DNA from: a virus | Length of the DNA stretch: 64,000 nucleotides | IMG/VR virus record: IMGVR_UViG_3300036792_000267 | Location: 1-64,000 of that record | Reading direction: 5' to 3' (one strand) | Part shown: positions 29,791-39,792 of the stretch, piece by piece | How positions within the stretch are numbered: the stretch's first letter is position 1 | Layout: each line of letters starts with the position of its first letter | The notes under the pieces: generated by a model | The model's input: only the letters and a program-made list of their open reading frames with translations | Database searches by the model: none | What the model was told of the DNA's origin: nothing | Position numbers and translations under genes: made by a program

Positions 29791-31005
29791 GTGGAGTCAG
29801 ACCAACGCGAGGAGGCCAAGGTGGACTTCACCACCGTTCCTTTCACGGAGGCCGGCCAGATGCTCACCGTGGAAGCGGCCCGGGAGCGCCTGGCGGCCAC
29901 TGAGCCGTTCGACTCCACGACCTTCTGGACCGGCGAGCCCGTCGAGGTGACCTACGGGAAAGGCTGGGCGGACGGCGAGCTGACGGCCCCGGCCCCGGTA
30001 TGGCTCACCGTCCCCGACGGCACCGTTTACCAGCTCACCCGGCAGGCGGCCACGCAGATCGGCTCTACCTGCCGCGTCAACCAGAAGTACCAGGAGTGGC
30101 TGCCGCCCGGCATGCTGGCGGTCAACGTCAACTGGGCCCTGGGGGAGGGCCTGCACAAGAAGAACGGCGACGGCCACGAGCTGAAGCTGATCCTCGCCGG
30201 CACCGGGCGCAACGCCGACGACACCGGGGACATCCCGCTGGCCGTGGCGCAGACTCGTGCCACGGTCGAGCCGTTCTCCAACGTCGAGCTGCTGAACGCC
30301 GTGCTGGCGGCAATCCGGGCCAAGCTGGGCAATGAGGCTGCGGACGGGGCGCTGGTGGACTATAAGTTCTACCACGACCTGGAGCACACCAGCTTCCGCG
30401 TCGTCGTCCCGGCGGCCCAGCAGGTCATCACCGGGACGGGTACCGAGGACGACGCCTGGTGCTTCGGCATCGAGGTCCGCAATTCCCTCATCGGCCTCAA
30501 GCAGACCGTGGTCAGCGGTTACCTGTTCCGGTTCGCCACCCTGGCCGGCCTCACCGACGTGGAGCACGGGGCGGGCGGGTTCAACCGCCGCGGGTCTACG
30601 CCGCAGGCCTGCTACAACTGGGCCGGGGAGTCGGCCGAGGAGATCCTTGACGGGATCGGGGGGGCGTTCGCCGGCTTGCGGGTGCTGCCCGACAACATCG
30701 TTGACGGCGAGTACGGCTCGGTGATGGAGCAGTACTTCCGCCTGTCCCCGGTCAGCAGGGACCTGCAGCTGAGGATCGTCACCGACCTGGAAGAGTGCCC
30801 GGTCGGCCAGGTGTCCATGTACGACCTCGCCGCGGTGTCGGCCGAGGCGGCCAACCTGGACGGCTCGACGTGGCGGGACGTGCGGACGGTGCACGACCTG
30901 GCGGGCTTCATCGTCCACCAGGGCGGCGGCATGTGCGACGGCACTATCGAGAACGGGTGCCGCCGCCTGCTGCCCGAGGACTGGGAAGCTCCCGAGGCTT
31001 CCTGA
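29791..31005 (+). CDS. Hypothetical protein (DUF932-like)
   Basis: FGIEVRNSLIG..VSGYLFRFATLAGL pattern. Confidence 0.55.
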   Translation: MESDQREEAKVDFTTVPFTEAGQMLTVEAARERLAATEPFDSTTFWTGEPVEVTYGKGWADGELTAPAPVWLTVPDGTVYQLTRQAATQIGSTCRVNQKYQEWLPPGMLAVNVNWALGEGLHKKNGDGHELKLILAGTGRNADDTGDIPLAVAQTRATVEPFSNVELLNAVLAAIRAKLGNEAADGALVDYKFYHDLEHTSFRVVVPAAQQVITGTGTEDDAWCFGIEVRNSLIGLKQTVVSGYLFRFATLAGLTDVEHGAGGFNRRGSTPQACYNWAGESAEEILDGIGGAFAGLRVLPDNIVDGEYGSVMEQYFRLSPVSRDLQLRIVTDLEECPVGQVSMYDLAAVSAEAANLDGSTWRDVRTVHDLAGFIVHQGGGMCDGTIENGCRRLLPEDWEAPEAS

Positions 31006-31011
31006 CAAGCC

Positions 31012-31049
31012 GGCGGGGCCCTGGCGCCAAGAGCGAACGGGGCCCCGCC
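31012..31049 (+). terminator. Hairpin, probable terminator
   Basis: GGCGGGGCCC / GGGCCCCGCC followed by T-rich tract. Confidence 0.5.
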
Positions 31050-31063
31050 GCGGCCATTTCTTG

Positions 31064-31093
31064 CTTGACTGTAGTTAAGAGAATGGGTACTGT
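31064..31093 (+). promoter_or_regulatory. SigA-type promoter with operator (leaderless)
   Basis: TTGACT-17-TACTGT; CTTGAC-TGTA-GTTAAG; ATG 6 nt after -10. Confidence 0.7.
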
Positions 31094-31099
31094 GGGGTC

Positions 31100-32002
31100 A
31101 TGCCGAGAATCGCTTACGTCTCCAAGGGCTTTAGTGACGGATCACTAGAGGTCATCGCCCAGGCGAACGCCATCTGCGCTGACTACCAGGCGCAGGGTTT
31201 CGACCTGACCCTGCGCCAGCTCTACTACCAGTTCGTGAGCCGCGGCCTCATCGCCAACAGGCAGACCGAGTACAAGCGCCTCGGCGACATCGTGAACAAC
31301 GGGCGACTGGCCGGCCTCATCGACTGGGACTACATCGTGGACCGGACGAGGAACCTCCAGAGTCTCGCGCACTGGCGCACCCCGCAGCAGATCATCGACG
31401 CCGTGTCCCGGCAGTACAGGCACGACCTGTGGGCGCGGCAGCCTTACCGCGTCGAGGTCTGGATCGAGAAGGACGCCCTGGTCGGCGTCATCGCCGGGGC
31501 CTGCGAGCGCAATGACGTCCCCTACTTCTCCTGCCGCGGCTACACCAGCCAGTCCGAGTTGCACGGCGCGGCTATGCGCCTGGTTGGCTACGAGAAGAAC
31601 GGCCAGGACACCGTGGTCATCCACCTGGGCGACCACGACCCCTCGGGTGTGGACATGACGCGGGACATCCAGGACCGGCTCCGGCTGTTCGGCAGCCGGG
31701 CGGAGGTGCACCGTATCGCGCTGACCATGGGGCAGGTTGAGCAGTACGACCCGCCGCCGAACCCGGCTAAGCTGACCGACTCTCGTGCGACCGGCTACAT
31801 GGCTGAGCATGGCGATGAGTCCTGGGAGCTGGACGCGCTGGACCCGGCGACGCTCGACACGCTGGTGGAGGAAGAGATCCTTTCCTGGCGCAGCGACCCG
31901 CTGTGGGACGAGTCCACTGTCCGGCAGGAGCGGCAGCGCCGCCGGCTGGTCGCGGTGCGCGAGCGCTGGGACGACGTGGTTGCGCTGGTAGACGGCGACT
32001 AG
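31100..32002 (+). CDS. Topoisomerase VI-A/Spo11-like Toprim protein
   Basis: TLRQLYY, VWIEKDAL, RGYTS, GDHDPSG. Confidence 0.75.
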   Translation: MPRIAYVSKGFSDGSLEVIAQANAICADYQAQGFDLTLRQLYYQFVSRGLIANRQTEYKRLGDIVNNGRLAGLIDWDYIVDRTRNLQSLAHWRTPQQIIDAVSRQYRHDLWARQPYRVEVWIEKDALVGVIAGACERNDVPYFSCRGYTSQSELHGAAMRLVGYEKNGQDTVVIHLGDHDPSGVDMTRDIQDRLRLFGSRAEVHRIALTMGQVEQYDPPPNPAKLTDSRATGYMAEHGDESWELDALDPATLDTLVEEEILSWRSDPLWDESTVRQERQRRRLVAVRERWDDVVALVDGD

Positions 32003-32004
32003 CA

Positions 32005-33048
32005 GTGACCGCGCCGCGCGAGGTGCTTGACACCCAGCAGTCCCTTTACGCGGCCCTGCAGTACCCGCCGCCCGGCCCGGTCCAGTTCTTCAACGAGCTG
32101 TTCGACGGGCTGAAAGACATGATGGGTCGGCGGGACGCCGGCAGGTGGGTGACGGCGAGCTTCATCTCCATGTTCTTCCCGGCCACCAGCGGGGCGGACT
32201 TCCTCCAGTGCGTGCGCCGCCCCCTTTACGCTGCCCCCGCCTACCAGGTAGCCGGCGACATCGTGGCTGCGGTGACGGGGATGTACGACAAGACGGCCGA
32301 CGAGAGCGGCACCATGCTGCTGGCGGAGGAACTGCCGTCCCCGGCAGGCTTCCTCTGGCTGGATGAGCCGGCTGTCCTGACTGATGCGGGCGGCGTGTCC
32401 CTTGCGACGCGGGCCCTGTCCTGGGGCCCTCAGCCTGCACCGTGGGGGAACGGGGAGACCCTGAAAGACGGTATCCGGCTAACTTCGTGGAGCAGTAACC
32501 CTGGGGACAGCTACTACCCTGCAGCCGCGAGCGGCGAGCTTCCGCTGGTCTTGCAGCATTCGCAGTTCGTGCCGTTCGGCCAGCAGTTGGTCCGCGCCAC
32601 CGGCTCGTTTGAGACGGGCTCGATAACCGTTCACGCCGGCAAGTCCCCGGATGACCTGCTGCACTGGGTGCACACCCTGTGGATGTTCATGGGCACAGAG
32701 GTGGTGGCAGCCGAGAGGCCGCATGTTGAGCGGCCTTACCGGCGCCGGGCGCAGCGGGTGGTCGGCAACGAGACGGTGAACGTGGTGCTGCTGCGCCGGG
32801 TCCGGCACGGGGGCGCTGAGGTGGTGCACCGGGATATCGACTGGGGCTGCCGGTGGGTGGTTCAGTCTCATTTCCGTCACCTGGAGGACTATTCGGCCAC
32901 CGCGGAGCGCCATCACGCGGTATCACTGGGCGGGGACCGCTGCGCTGTCTGCGGTACGCGGATCACGCGGGTGCGGGCGTACGTCAAGGGGCCGGACGGG
33001 CTGCCACTGAAGGCTGTGCCCGAAACTGTTTACAGGGTGGCGAGGTAA
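32005..33048 (+). CDS. Hypothetical phage protein
   Basis: RWVVQSHFR...YVKGPDGLP C-terminal pattern. Confidence 0.7.
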   Translation: MTAPREVLDTQQSLYAALQYPPPGPVQFFNELFDGLKDMMGRRDAGRWVTASFISMFFPATSGADFLQCVRRPLYAAPAYQVAGDIVAAVTGMYDKTADESGTMLLAEELPSPAGFLWLDEPAVLTDAGGVSLATRALSWGPQPAPWGNGETLKDGIRLTSWSSNPGDSYYPAAASGELPLVLQHSQFVPFGQQLVRATGSFETGSITVHAGKSPDDLLHWVHTLWMFMGTEVVAAERPHVERPYRRRAQRVVGNETVNVVLLRRVRHGGAEVVHRDIDWGCRWVVQSHFRHLEDYSATAERHHAVSLGGDRCAVCGTRITRVRAYVKGPDGLPLKAVPETVYRVAR

Positions 33049-33258
33049 ATGTTTCCGCCGGAATTGCAGGTCAAGCAGTTTGTGGCCGAGGTTAACGGGG
33101 CGCATGGCTTCCGCTGGCGCGTGTTTACCACCGGGTCGGATAAGCACTACCTGTTCAGTTGCGTGCAGAACCCTACTTTTTGCCTTCCGGTACTAAAGGC
33201 CGAGCTGAAGCCCGATGTGCGCAGCGCGCTGGCTCACGGGTGGGGTCATGTCGACTGA
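33049..33258 (+). CDS. Hypothetical protein
   Basis: GAGG RBS. Confidence 0.5.
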   Translation: MFPPELQVKQFVAEVNGAHGFRWRVFTTGSDKHYLFSCVQNPTFCLPVLKAELKPDVRSALAHGWGHVD

Positions 33259-33445
33259 GGGCGTGCTCGTCGCCGTCATCGCGTGTCCCAAGGACACGTG
33301 CCCGGCTGAGTTCTACGGCACCTGGAAAACGCCGGATGACCTGGAAGAGGACTCGCCTGAGGAGTCCTTGCAGCTGTGCCCTGAATGCGGGTACAAGTTC
33401 ACGGCCGAATGGCCGGGCTACTCGTTTCACACCGAGGCGGGATAG
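33248..33445 (+). CDS. Small zinc-ribbon protein
   Basis: CPKDTC...CPECG. Confidence 0.55.
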   Translation: MSTEGVLVAVIACPKDTCPAEFYGTWKTPDDLEEDSPEESLQLCPECGYKFTAEWPGYSFHTEAG

Positions 33446-33486
33446 CCGTAGCAGTCACTGAGTAGGCAACGGACGGGAGAAATCGG

Positions 33487-33897
33487 ATGGGAAGCAACGG
33501 GAAGAGAGCGGCCGGGCTGGCTGGCCTTGGCCTGGCCGGGGTGCTCGCGCTTAGCGCGTGCAACGGCAATTCGGGTACGCCGGCCGCCGCGAGGGTGTCA
33601 GCTGACGCCACCGGGTCGGCCGCTGTCGCCGCCAAGGCGAACCTGGCGGTCATCTCGGCCAAGTGCGGGACCGTGACCGCAGCCGGGCAGATCGCCGCAG
33701 CCAAGGACATGACTTCGAAGGCTGGCCGCCAGGCGTTGTGGGCCAAGTGCGGTGTGCCGAAGGCTAAGCGCTCGCAGGTCGAGACGCAGGCACTGGCGGC
33801 GGCCGAGAAAGCACACCTGGTGTCTGGCGGCCACGCCGCGCGGGTCATCTACTTCGACTCCACCCTGCCCAGCATCATTGAGAAGGCCGAGGCATGA
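33487..33897 (+). CDS. Lipoprotein
   Basis: Signal peptide with LSAC lipobox. Confidence 0.75.
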   Translation: MGSNGKRAAGLAGLGLAGVLALSACNGNSGTPAAARVSADATGSAAVAAKANLAVISAKCGTVTAAGQIAAAKDMTSKAGRQALWAKCGVPKAKRSQVETQALAAAEKAHLVSGGHAARVIYFDSTLPSIIEKAEA

Positions 33898-34919
33898 CCG
33901 CGCTGCAGGTGCCCCAGCAGGCGCCTGAGGACGGCCTGCTTTACAAGCTCCGTCATCCGGGCCAGGCCTGGCGCGCTTGGCGCGAGGAGGCGAAGGAGGC
34001 CCGCCAGGCCCTCATCAGGCCCGAGCACAAGCTGCTGACCGGCGAGGACGTCCGGTTCCGGTTCGGGCAGATGACCATCTGGGGCATTGCGGCGGGCTTT
34101 GTCGGCGCGTGTGCCATCGCCGGGGTCTACTTCGCCCTGTTCGAGACTTACTGGCACATGCCGTTCGGCCTGTTCGGCGTTCACGGCGGCGGCTCGCTCA
34201 AGGGCTGGTGGGACAACCTGTTCTCCGGCCCGGTGTGGCCCGCGTTCCGCCATGCCGCGTTCCGCGACATCCCCGAGCCGGTCTTCGCCCTGATGGCGGT
34301 ACAGACCCTGCTGGCCAGGGACAAGTACGAGCCGGTGTCGACGCGGCGGATCATCGTCTCGCCGGTGGTCATCGTCTTCGCTACTTTCGCCCTGGGCGCG
34401 CTGAGCGTCTGGCTGGTCGACTTCGCCTTCCCTGACCTGTGGCACTGGGCAGTGACGGCGCAGGGGCACCCGAGCTGGAGGCTGGACCACACGGCCTGGC
34501 TGGGCCGCTGGAGCCTCGGTGTCCTTATCCCCGGCTTGATCATCAACCGCATCCTGCGGCTGTACTGGGCCCCGGTGGGGGCTACGCTGCAGGGCTACCT
34601 GCTTGACCGGACGATCGACCGCAAGCAGGGCATCGTCCGTGACTGTGGCGTCGAGCCGATGACCGCGGTCGAGTTCGACCGCAAGGGCTGGCACATCATC
34701 CCGTGGATTATCCGGCTGCCGCTGACGCCGCCGGTGATGCGCGAGCGGTTCGCCAAGCTGTGGCGGTCCAACGCCAAGATCAGCGTGCACAACGCTCACG
34801 GGCGGGTCACCGGGTTCATCATTGCCGTGGTGTTCGTGCTGGTTGTCATCGGGTTCATCGGCCACTACCTCATCGGGTCGGCCGGCATCCACGTCCCCTA
34901 CTTCAGCGCGGGAGCCTGA
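33894..34919 (+). CDS. Multi-pass membrane protein
   Basis: Several TM segments. Confidence 0.75.
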   Translation: MTALQVPQQAPEDGLLYKLRHPGQAWRAWREEAKEARQALIRPEHKLLTGEDVRFRFGQMTIWGIAAGFVGACAIAGVYFALFETYWHMPFGLFGVHGGGSLKGWWDNLFSGPVWPAFRHAAFRDIPEPVFALMAVQTLLARDKYEPVSTRRIIVSPVVIVFATFALGALSVWLVDFAFPDLWHWAVTAQGHPSWRLDHTAWLGRWSLGVLIPGLIINRILRLYWAPVGATLQGYLLDRTIDRKQGIVRDCGVEPMTAVEFDRKGWHIIPWIIRLPLTPPVMRERFAKLWRSNAKISVHNAHGRVTGFIIAVVFVLVVIGFIGHYLIGSAGIHVPYFSAGA

Positions 34920-34920
34920 C

Positions 34921-35265
34921 ATGGGCCGGGTTATCGCCGCCCTTGCCGCCCTTGTCATCGTCGTTGGCGGCTTGTACTGGCTCAACAGCGCCGAGACCAC
35001 GAAGAACAACATCACCTGCGTGAAGCAGGCCAGCATCGCGGGCGTCATCAAGTACGAGCTGTGCATCGCCGGGCAGGGCCAGCCGCAGTACGTGCCCTAC
35101 TCGGTGTGGCGCACCGCTAAGGTCGGCGGCTACTACGACGAGGGCACGCACACCGTATACAAGGGCGCCGGCGACGACCCGCATGTCTCGCACGGCATCG
35201 GCGACGACGGTGGTGGTGAGGGTCACGGCGGTGACGGCGGGGGCCACGGAGGCGGCGGGGAGTGA
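34921..35265 (+). CDS. Membrane-anchored protein with Gly/His tail
   Basis: N-terminal TM helix. Confidence 0.65.
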   Translation: MGRVIAALAALVIVVGGLYWLNSAETTKNNITCVKQASIAGVIKYELCIAGQGQPQYVPYSVWRTAKVGGYYDEGTHTVYKGAGDDPHVSHGIGDDGGGEGHGGDGGGHGGGGE

Positions 35266-35447
35266 GCTTCTGGGACCTGAAGACCCGGCTGGCGAAAGCT
35301 GGCCGGGTCTCCCTCTGGTTCGAGCCGAGGGACCTGTGGCTCTTCTACTTCCACGGCGAGGACGCAAGCTACGTGGTCATCGTCCCCATGTTCCCCGTCC
35401 GCATCGAGCGCCGTAGCAGTAAGCATGCTGAACCGCATCGAGGTTAG
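35262..35447 (+). CDS. Hypothetical protein
   Basis: GTGA coupling. Confidence 0.55.
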   Translation: MSFWDLKTRLAKAGRVSLWFEPRDLWLFYFHGEDASYVVIVPMFPVRIERRSSKHAEPHRG

Positions 35448-36387
35448 GAACTACCAGAGCCTGCATAGCGCGGACATCCCGCTGGGCTGGTTCACGGTCA
35501 TCACCGGGCCGACCGGGTCGGGCAAGAGCGGGCTGTTCCGCGCGATGATGATGCTCGCGCGCAACGCCCGGGGCACCTCCTACATCACTCACGGCCAGGC
35601 GTCGTGCTCGGTGGCTGCCGGAGACGGCCGGTTCATTGTCCGCCTCACCAGGTCATCGGCGCGGGGCGGGAAGAACGAGTACCGGGTGGCACGGCTGGTT
35701 CCGACTCCGGTCAGGAACGGCGAGGGCTGGACCGCCTGCACGTACACCAAGCTGAACAGCCAGGTCCCCGCGCCGGTGGAAGACTTGCTGCAGCTGTCCG
35801 AGCTGAACTTCGCCAGGCAGCTCCCGCAGGTCCCGTACCTGCTGAGCCTGCCCGGCACGGAGATTGCACGGCGGCTAGGTGATTTGACGAACGTTTCCCT
35901 GGTGCTTGGGGCCGCCGCCGAGGCCGGGCGCCTCCGCAAGCGGGCGGATCGCGAGCTGGAGGACGCCCGTGCCCGGCGTGACGCCCTCATGGCGGAGGCG
36001 CAGGAGTTCGCGGGCATCAGGGAGCGCCGTGCGGCCTGCACAGCGGCCGAGGAGGCCCTTGCGGCGGTTCAGGCCACGGCGGCGCTGGCCGAGCGGCTGC
36101 GTGCCCTGACGGCCCGCCTGGAGGCCGCGGAGGCTGCCGAGGCCGCTGCCCGTGCCGAGGCTGCCTGCCAGGCTCCGCCGTCCCTGGACCGCCTGAACAA
36201 GCTGGTCACTGACTGGGCCCGGCTGCGGCACCTTTCCGGGCAACTGGAGGTGGCGGAGGGGGCAGCAGCCTGGCATGCCGGGCAGGCACAGGCCGCGCTT
36301 GCCGATGAGCGGGCTGCGGAAGAGGCCATTCACGCTGCCCTGGCCGACGCTGGCCAGTGTCCCCTCTGCGGGCAGGCCGTCGCCTAG
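35425..36387 (+). CDS. SbcC/Rad50-like ATPase, N-terminal half
   Basis: IEVRNYQS, GPTGSGKS, coiled coil, CPLCG hook. Confidence 0.8.
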   Translation: MLNRIEVRNYQSLHSADIPLGWFTVITGPTGSGKSGLFRAMMMLARNARGTSYITHGQASCSVAAGDGRFIVRLTRSSARGGKNEYRVARLVPTPVRNGEGWTACTYTKLNSQVPAPVEDLLQLSELNFARQLPQVPYLLSLPGTEIARRLGDLTNVSLVLGAAAEAGRLRKRADRELEDARARRDALMAEAQEFAGIRERRAACTAAEEALAAVQATAALAERLRALTARLEAAEAAEAAARAEAACQAPPSLDRLNKLVTDWARLRHLSGQLEVAEGAAAWHAGQAQAALADERAAEEAIHAALADAGQCPLCGQAVA

Positions 36388-36428
36388 CCCCCGATAGCTC
36401 CTGCCGAGGCGACAGGCAGGAGATTCCG

Positions 36429-37436
36429 ATGTCCAATGCGGCCGGGGAAGACCGGAGCAGCTTCCAGTCAGTCCAGTCCTGGGGCGGTAACGCGTTCGCG
36501 TTCGCCAAGGCGACTGAGGGAACGTCCTGGTCAGACCCCACGTTCGCGTCCAACTGGGCGAACGCGGCGAACGAGGGCAAGGTACGCGGGGCCTACCACT
36601 TCTTCCACCCGGCTGACAGCGCGGGCGGCCAGGCGCAGTTCTTCATGTCGGTCGTCAAGGCCCATGGCCTACGGGCTGGGGACGTGCTCATCGCGGACGT
36701 GGAGATCTCCGCCGGCGCGGACGGCATGGAGGGCTACGGCACCGAGGGTGCCGCCCGGCGCTCGCACACCGGGCTGAGGGAGCTTCCCCGCGAGTTCACC
36801 GCGGCGGGCGTGGGCTCGGGCGCGCTGGTGTTCCTGAACGCGGTTCAGGCGGCGGCCGGGCCGCAGGTCAAGGTGCTGCTCTACAGCAGCCTGTTCATGG
36901 CGCAGAACCTGCTTATCCCGTGCGCCTCCTACCCGCTGTTCCTGGCCTACTATGCCGGCAGCCCGGCGCAGAGCGTGGCCCCGTGGAGGTCGTGGACTTT
37001 CTGGCAGAACGGGGCCACGGGCGAGGGCGGCGGTGACCTCGACTACTTCAACGGGGACGAGGCGGCGCTGGTTCACTGGGCTAACCCCGCGCCGTCCCCG
37101 CTGCCGCCGAACTGGGCCTACCCGCCGGTGCGGTCCCTGACGGCCTCTGGCGGCCAGACCAGTGTCAAGCTGGAGTGGACCGCGCCCGCGCCGGTGCCCA
37201 ACCAGCAGCCGATGCCCGGCATCGCGGAGTACGAGATCGCTATCGCCAAGGGCACCTCGATCAACGGGCCGGAGGTCGCGTCCTACCCGCGCTACCTGGC
37301 CAAGGGCGCCAACCCCGAGGTGTGGCAGGGCGGCTCGCTGGCGCGTAAGACGCAGTACACCGCCGGGGTGCGCGCTGTCGGTGCGGGCGGCAGCCACGCG
37401 GGCAGCTGGGCCACGGTGACGTTCAGCACGACATGA
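36429..37436 (+). CDS. GH25 muramidase (endolysin) with FN3-like domain
   Basis: FAKATEG, RGAYHF, DVE, WTFWQ, DLD; beta-rich C-terminus. Confidence 0.85.
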   Translation: MSNAAGEDRSSFQSVQSWGGNAFAFAKATEGTSWSDPTFASNWANAANEGKVRGAYHFFHPADSAGGQAQFFMSVVKAHGLRAGDVLIADVEISAGADGMEGYGTEGAARRSHTGLRELPREFTAAGVGSGALVFLNAVQAAAGPQVKVLLYSSLFMAQNLLIPCASYPLFLAYYAGSPAQSVAPWRSWTFWQNGATGEGGGDLDYFNGDEAALVHWANPAPSPLPPNWAYPPVRSLTASGGQTSVKLEWTAPAPVPNQQPMPGIAEYEIAIAKGTSINGPEVASYPRYLAKGANPEVWQGGSLARKTQYTAGVRAVGAGGSHAGSWATVTFSTT

Positions 37437-37451
37437 GCCGTAGTACGTGGT

Positions 37452-38429
37452 GTGGCCCTCTATCTGTGCGTTAACGACATCCACGCTCGGCGCCGCCCGC
37501 CGAGCAGCTGCACGGATACGTACTGGCCTGACCTGCTGAAGCTGCTCTACCAGACCGTGGATGTCGCCCGCGAGCGCGAGGTGGCCGCAGTCGTGTGGGC
37601 GGGCGACGTGTTCGACTTCAAGGCACCGTCGCGGACTGACCACGGGCTGATGCAGGAGATTATCGGGGTAATCCAGTCTTACCCGTGCCCGGCATGGATC
37701 TTGCCGGGCAATCATGACATCCAGTTCGACAGGCTGGAGTCCATCGAGATGACGCAGCCGCTGGGCGTGCTGTTCAAGGCTGGTGCCCGGCGGCTGGACG
37801 GCTGGCGTGAAGACGCCCCGCTATACGGCGTGCCCTGGCAGCAGGAATGGTCCCAGGGGACTGTCCGGGCTGCGCTAGCGGACTGGTACGAGTACACGCC
37901 GTTTGAGGCCGCCGGGCCACACCAGCTCGTCGTCACTCACGCCCCGATCTACCCGCCCGGTCAGGAGCCGCGTTACGAGGGGGCTGAGTTCACCCCGGCG
38001 TCCTGGTGGGCGGATGCCCTGGGCAACGAGGGCTGCCTGCTTTACGGGCACATCCACGAGCCGCACGGCGTGTGGCGGCACGAGGGCGTGACGTTCTGCA
38101 ACTTCGGCGCGCTCAGCCGGGGCAGCCTGGACGAGTACAACCGTAGCCGCCAGGTCGGGTGCGCGCTGTGGGACAGCGCGACCGGCGAGTTCGAGTTCGT
38201 GCCGCTCGATGCGAGGCCGGCCGAGGAGGTGTTCCGCCTGCGGCAGCACGAGGAGGCCCAGGCCTCGCACCGCCGGCTTGACCTCTTCCTGTCGGGGGTG
38301 GACGCCGCTACCCTCGGCCTGCTGAACGTGGAGTCCGTAATTGCCCACATACGCGAGGGCGGCCATGACGCCCGCGTGGTGAGCCTGGCCGAGGAACTGC
38401 TCATGGCCCAGCAGGGGGGAACGCGTTGA
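37452..38429 (+). CDS. SbcD/Mre11-like metallophosphoesterase
   Basis: DIH, GDVFD, GNHD, GHIH. Confidence 0.85.
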   Translation: MALYLCVNDIHARRRPPSSCTDTYWPDLLKLLYQTVDVAREREVAAVVWAGDVFDFKAPSRTDHGLMQEIIGVIQSYPCPAWILPGNHDIQFDRLESIEMTQPLGVLFKAGARRLDGWREDAPLYGVPWQQEWSQGTVRAALADWYEYTPFEAAGPHQLVVTHAPIYPPGQEPRYEGAEFTPASWWADALGNEGCLLYGHIHEPHGVWRHEGVTFCNFGALSRGSLDEYNRSRQVGCALWDSATGEFEFVPLDARPAEEVFRLRQHEEAQASHRRLDLFLSGVDAATLGLLNVESVIAHIREGGHDARVVSLAEELLMAQQGGTR

Positions 38430-38941
38430 ACCGCATGTTCTTGAGGACCGCCGTCGGCTTCGACCTGGACAGCACGCTGTGCGACACGCGGCACCGCTGG
38501 CACCTGTCGCCGATGGCTGACCCGGAGTCAAGCTGGGCCGTGTACTGCGCAGCGCGGACGGGCGACACGCCTATTGCCGGCACCGTGGCTGCGGCCAGGC
38601 TGCATTACCTGTATAACCAGATCCACATCTGGTCAGGCAGTGAGTCGTCATCGGATGCGGTGACCCGCCGGTGGCTGAACCGTCACCGGGTCCCGTTTGA
38701 CGACCTCCGGCAGCGCCCGCTCGGCGACGACCGGCCCAACGCCGAGGTCAAGATCGGCTTCATCGAGGAGCTGCGGGCCCGCGGCATCGAGACGGTGCTG
38801 TACTTCGAGGACATTCCGGACGTGGCCGCGGAGATCCACGAGAAGACCGGCGTTCCCGTCCTGGTCGTCAACCCCTGCTATCCCGAGGACCTGGATAAGT
38901 TCCGGCACGGCGTGCACGACGGCATGGGCGGCGGCTTGTGA
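38426..38941 (+). CDS. HAD-family phosphatase
   Basis: FDLDSTL, K, FED motifs. Confidence 0.75.
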   Translation: MNRMFLRTAVGFDLDSTLCDTRHRWHLSPMADPESSWAVYCAARTGDTPIAGTVAAARLHYLYNQIHIWSGSESSSDAVTRRWLNRHRVPFDDLRQRPLGDDRPNAEVKIGFIEELRARGIETVLYFEDIPDVAAEIHEKTGVPVLVVNPCYPEDLDKFRHGVHDGMGGGL

Positions 38942-39165
38942 GCGAGTGCAAGCACGAGATCGAGGAGGTGACCTGCTCGATGTGCCGTCCCAGGCACGCG
39001 ACGCAGGCGAGAGCCACCCGGTCCCCGGCGTTCGGCCCGTGGATTGTCGCCAGCTATGACGGTGAGTGCGCGGGCGGTTGCGGCCAGGGGGTTCGACGGG
39101 GTGACCAGATCCGGTCCGATGGCGCAGGGAACTGGCTATGCACGATCTGCGGGAACGACCAGTGA
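38938..39165 (+). CDS. Cys-rich hypothetical protein
   Basis: Coupled ORF. Confidence 0.6.
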   Translation: MSECKHEIEEVTCSMCRPRHATQARATRSPAFGPWIVASYDGECAGGCGQGVRRGDQIRSDGAGNWLCTICGNDQ

Positions 39166-39230
39166 GCGACAACGGGACGCTCCGGCTGAGCTGGTCGCCG
39201 TGTACCGTACACTCCTGGTGTGAAGACTTA
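39162..39230 (+). pseudogene. Remnant 5' end of PD-(D/E)XK nuclease gene
   Basis: MSDNGTLRLSWS duplicates GDDGALRLSWS at 39767-39799. Confidence 0.6.
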
Positions 39231-39792
39231 TGTACCAGGAGTGCCCCGAACTTGCAGTCGCTGCCATAAGTCCGACAGTGAAGTTGAGTTCCCGCCATAC
39301 CGTTCGGCTTACTGCGTTGTTTGCCGACCGCTGGCCAAGCAGGACTGGGCTGTCGGCAGCCGGACGACCATCCGTATTCAGGAGAGTGCTCAGCGGCTGG
39401 CCCGTCATCAGCGCGATCCGGACGGGGAGTGGCGTAAGGAACTGGACAAGCACTTGCGGTCTAAGTTCCATATCACGGTTGACGACTATGACCGGATGTA
39501 TGAAGCTCAGCACGGTCTGTGTGGTATTTGCGGGAAACCAGGTCGCGGGTCTGCCAGATTCGATGGCAGCGAAAGGCGTCTTGCTGTTGACCATGACCGA
39601 CGTTGTTGCCCTGGTGACAAGTCCTGCGGGAAGTGTGTTCGCGGCCTTCTCTGTGGGTCGTGTAACCCTAAGCTCGGTTTTTACGAGCTGTTCGAGAATC
39701 AATGTCAGTCCTGGCGGAACCGCCGTGTTCAAGTGGAGGAGGTGGTGCTAGATGTCCGGAAAGATTGGCGACGACGGAGCCCTGCGGCTTAG
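39220..39792 (+). CDS. Endonuclease VII-type HNH homing endonuclease
   Basis: QHGLCGICG, LAVDHD, VRGLLCGSCN; lower GC than flanks. Confidence 0.88.
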   Translation: MKTYVPGVPRTCSRCHKSDSEVEFPPYRSAYCVVCRPLAKQDWAVGSRTTIRIQESAQRLARHQRDPDGEWRKELDKHLRSKFHITVDDYDRMYEAQHGLCGICGKPGRGSARFDGSERRLAVDHDRRCCPGDKSCGKCVRGLLCGSCNPKLGFYELFENQCQSWRNRRVQVEEVVLDVRKDWRRRSPAA

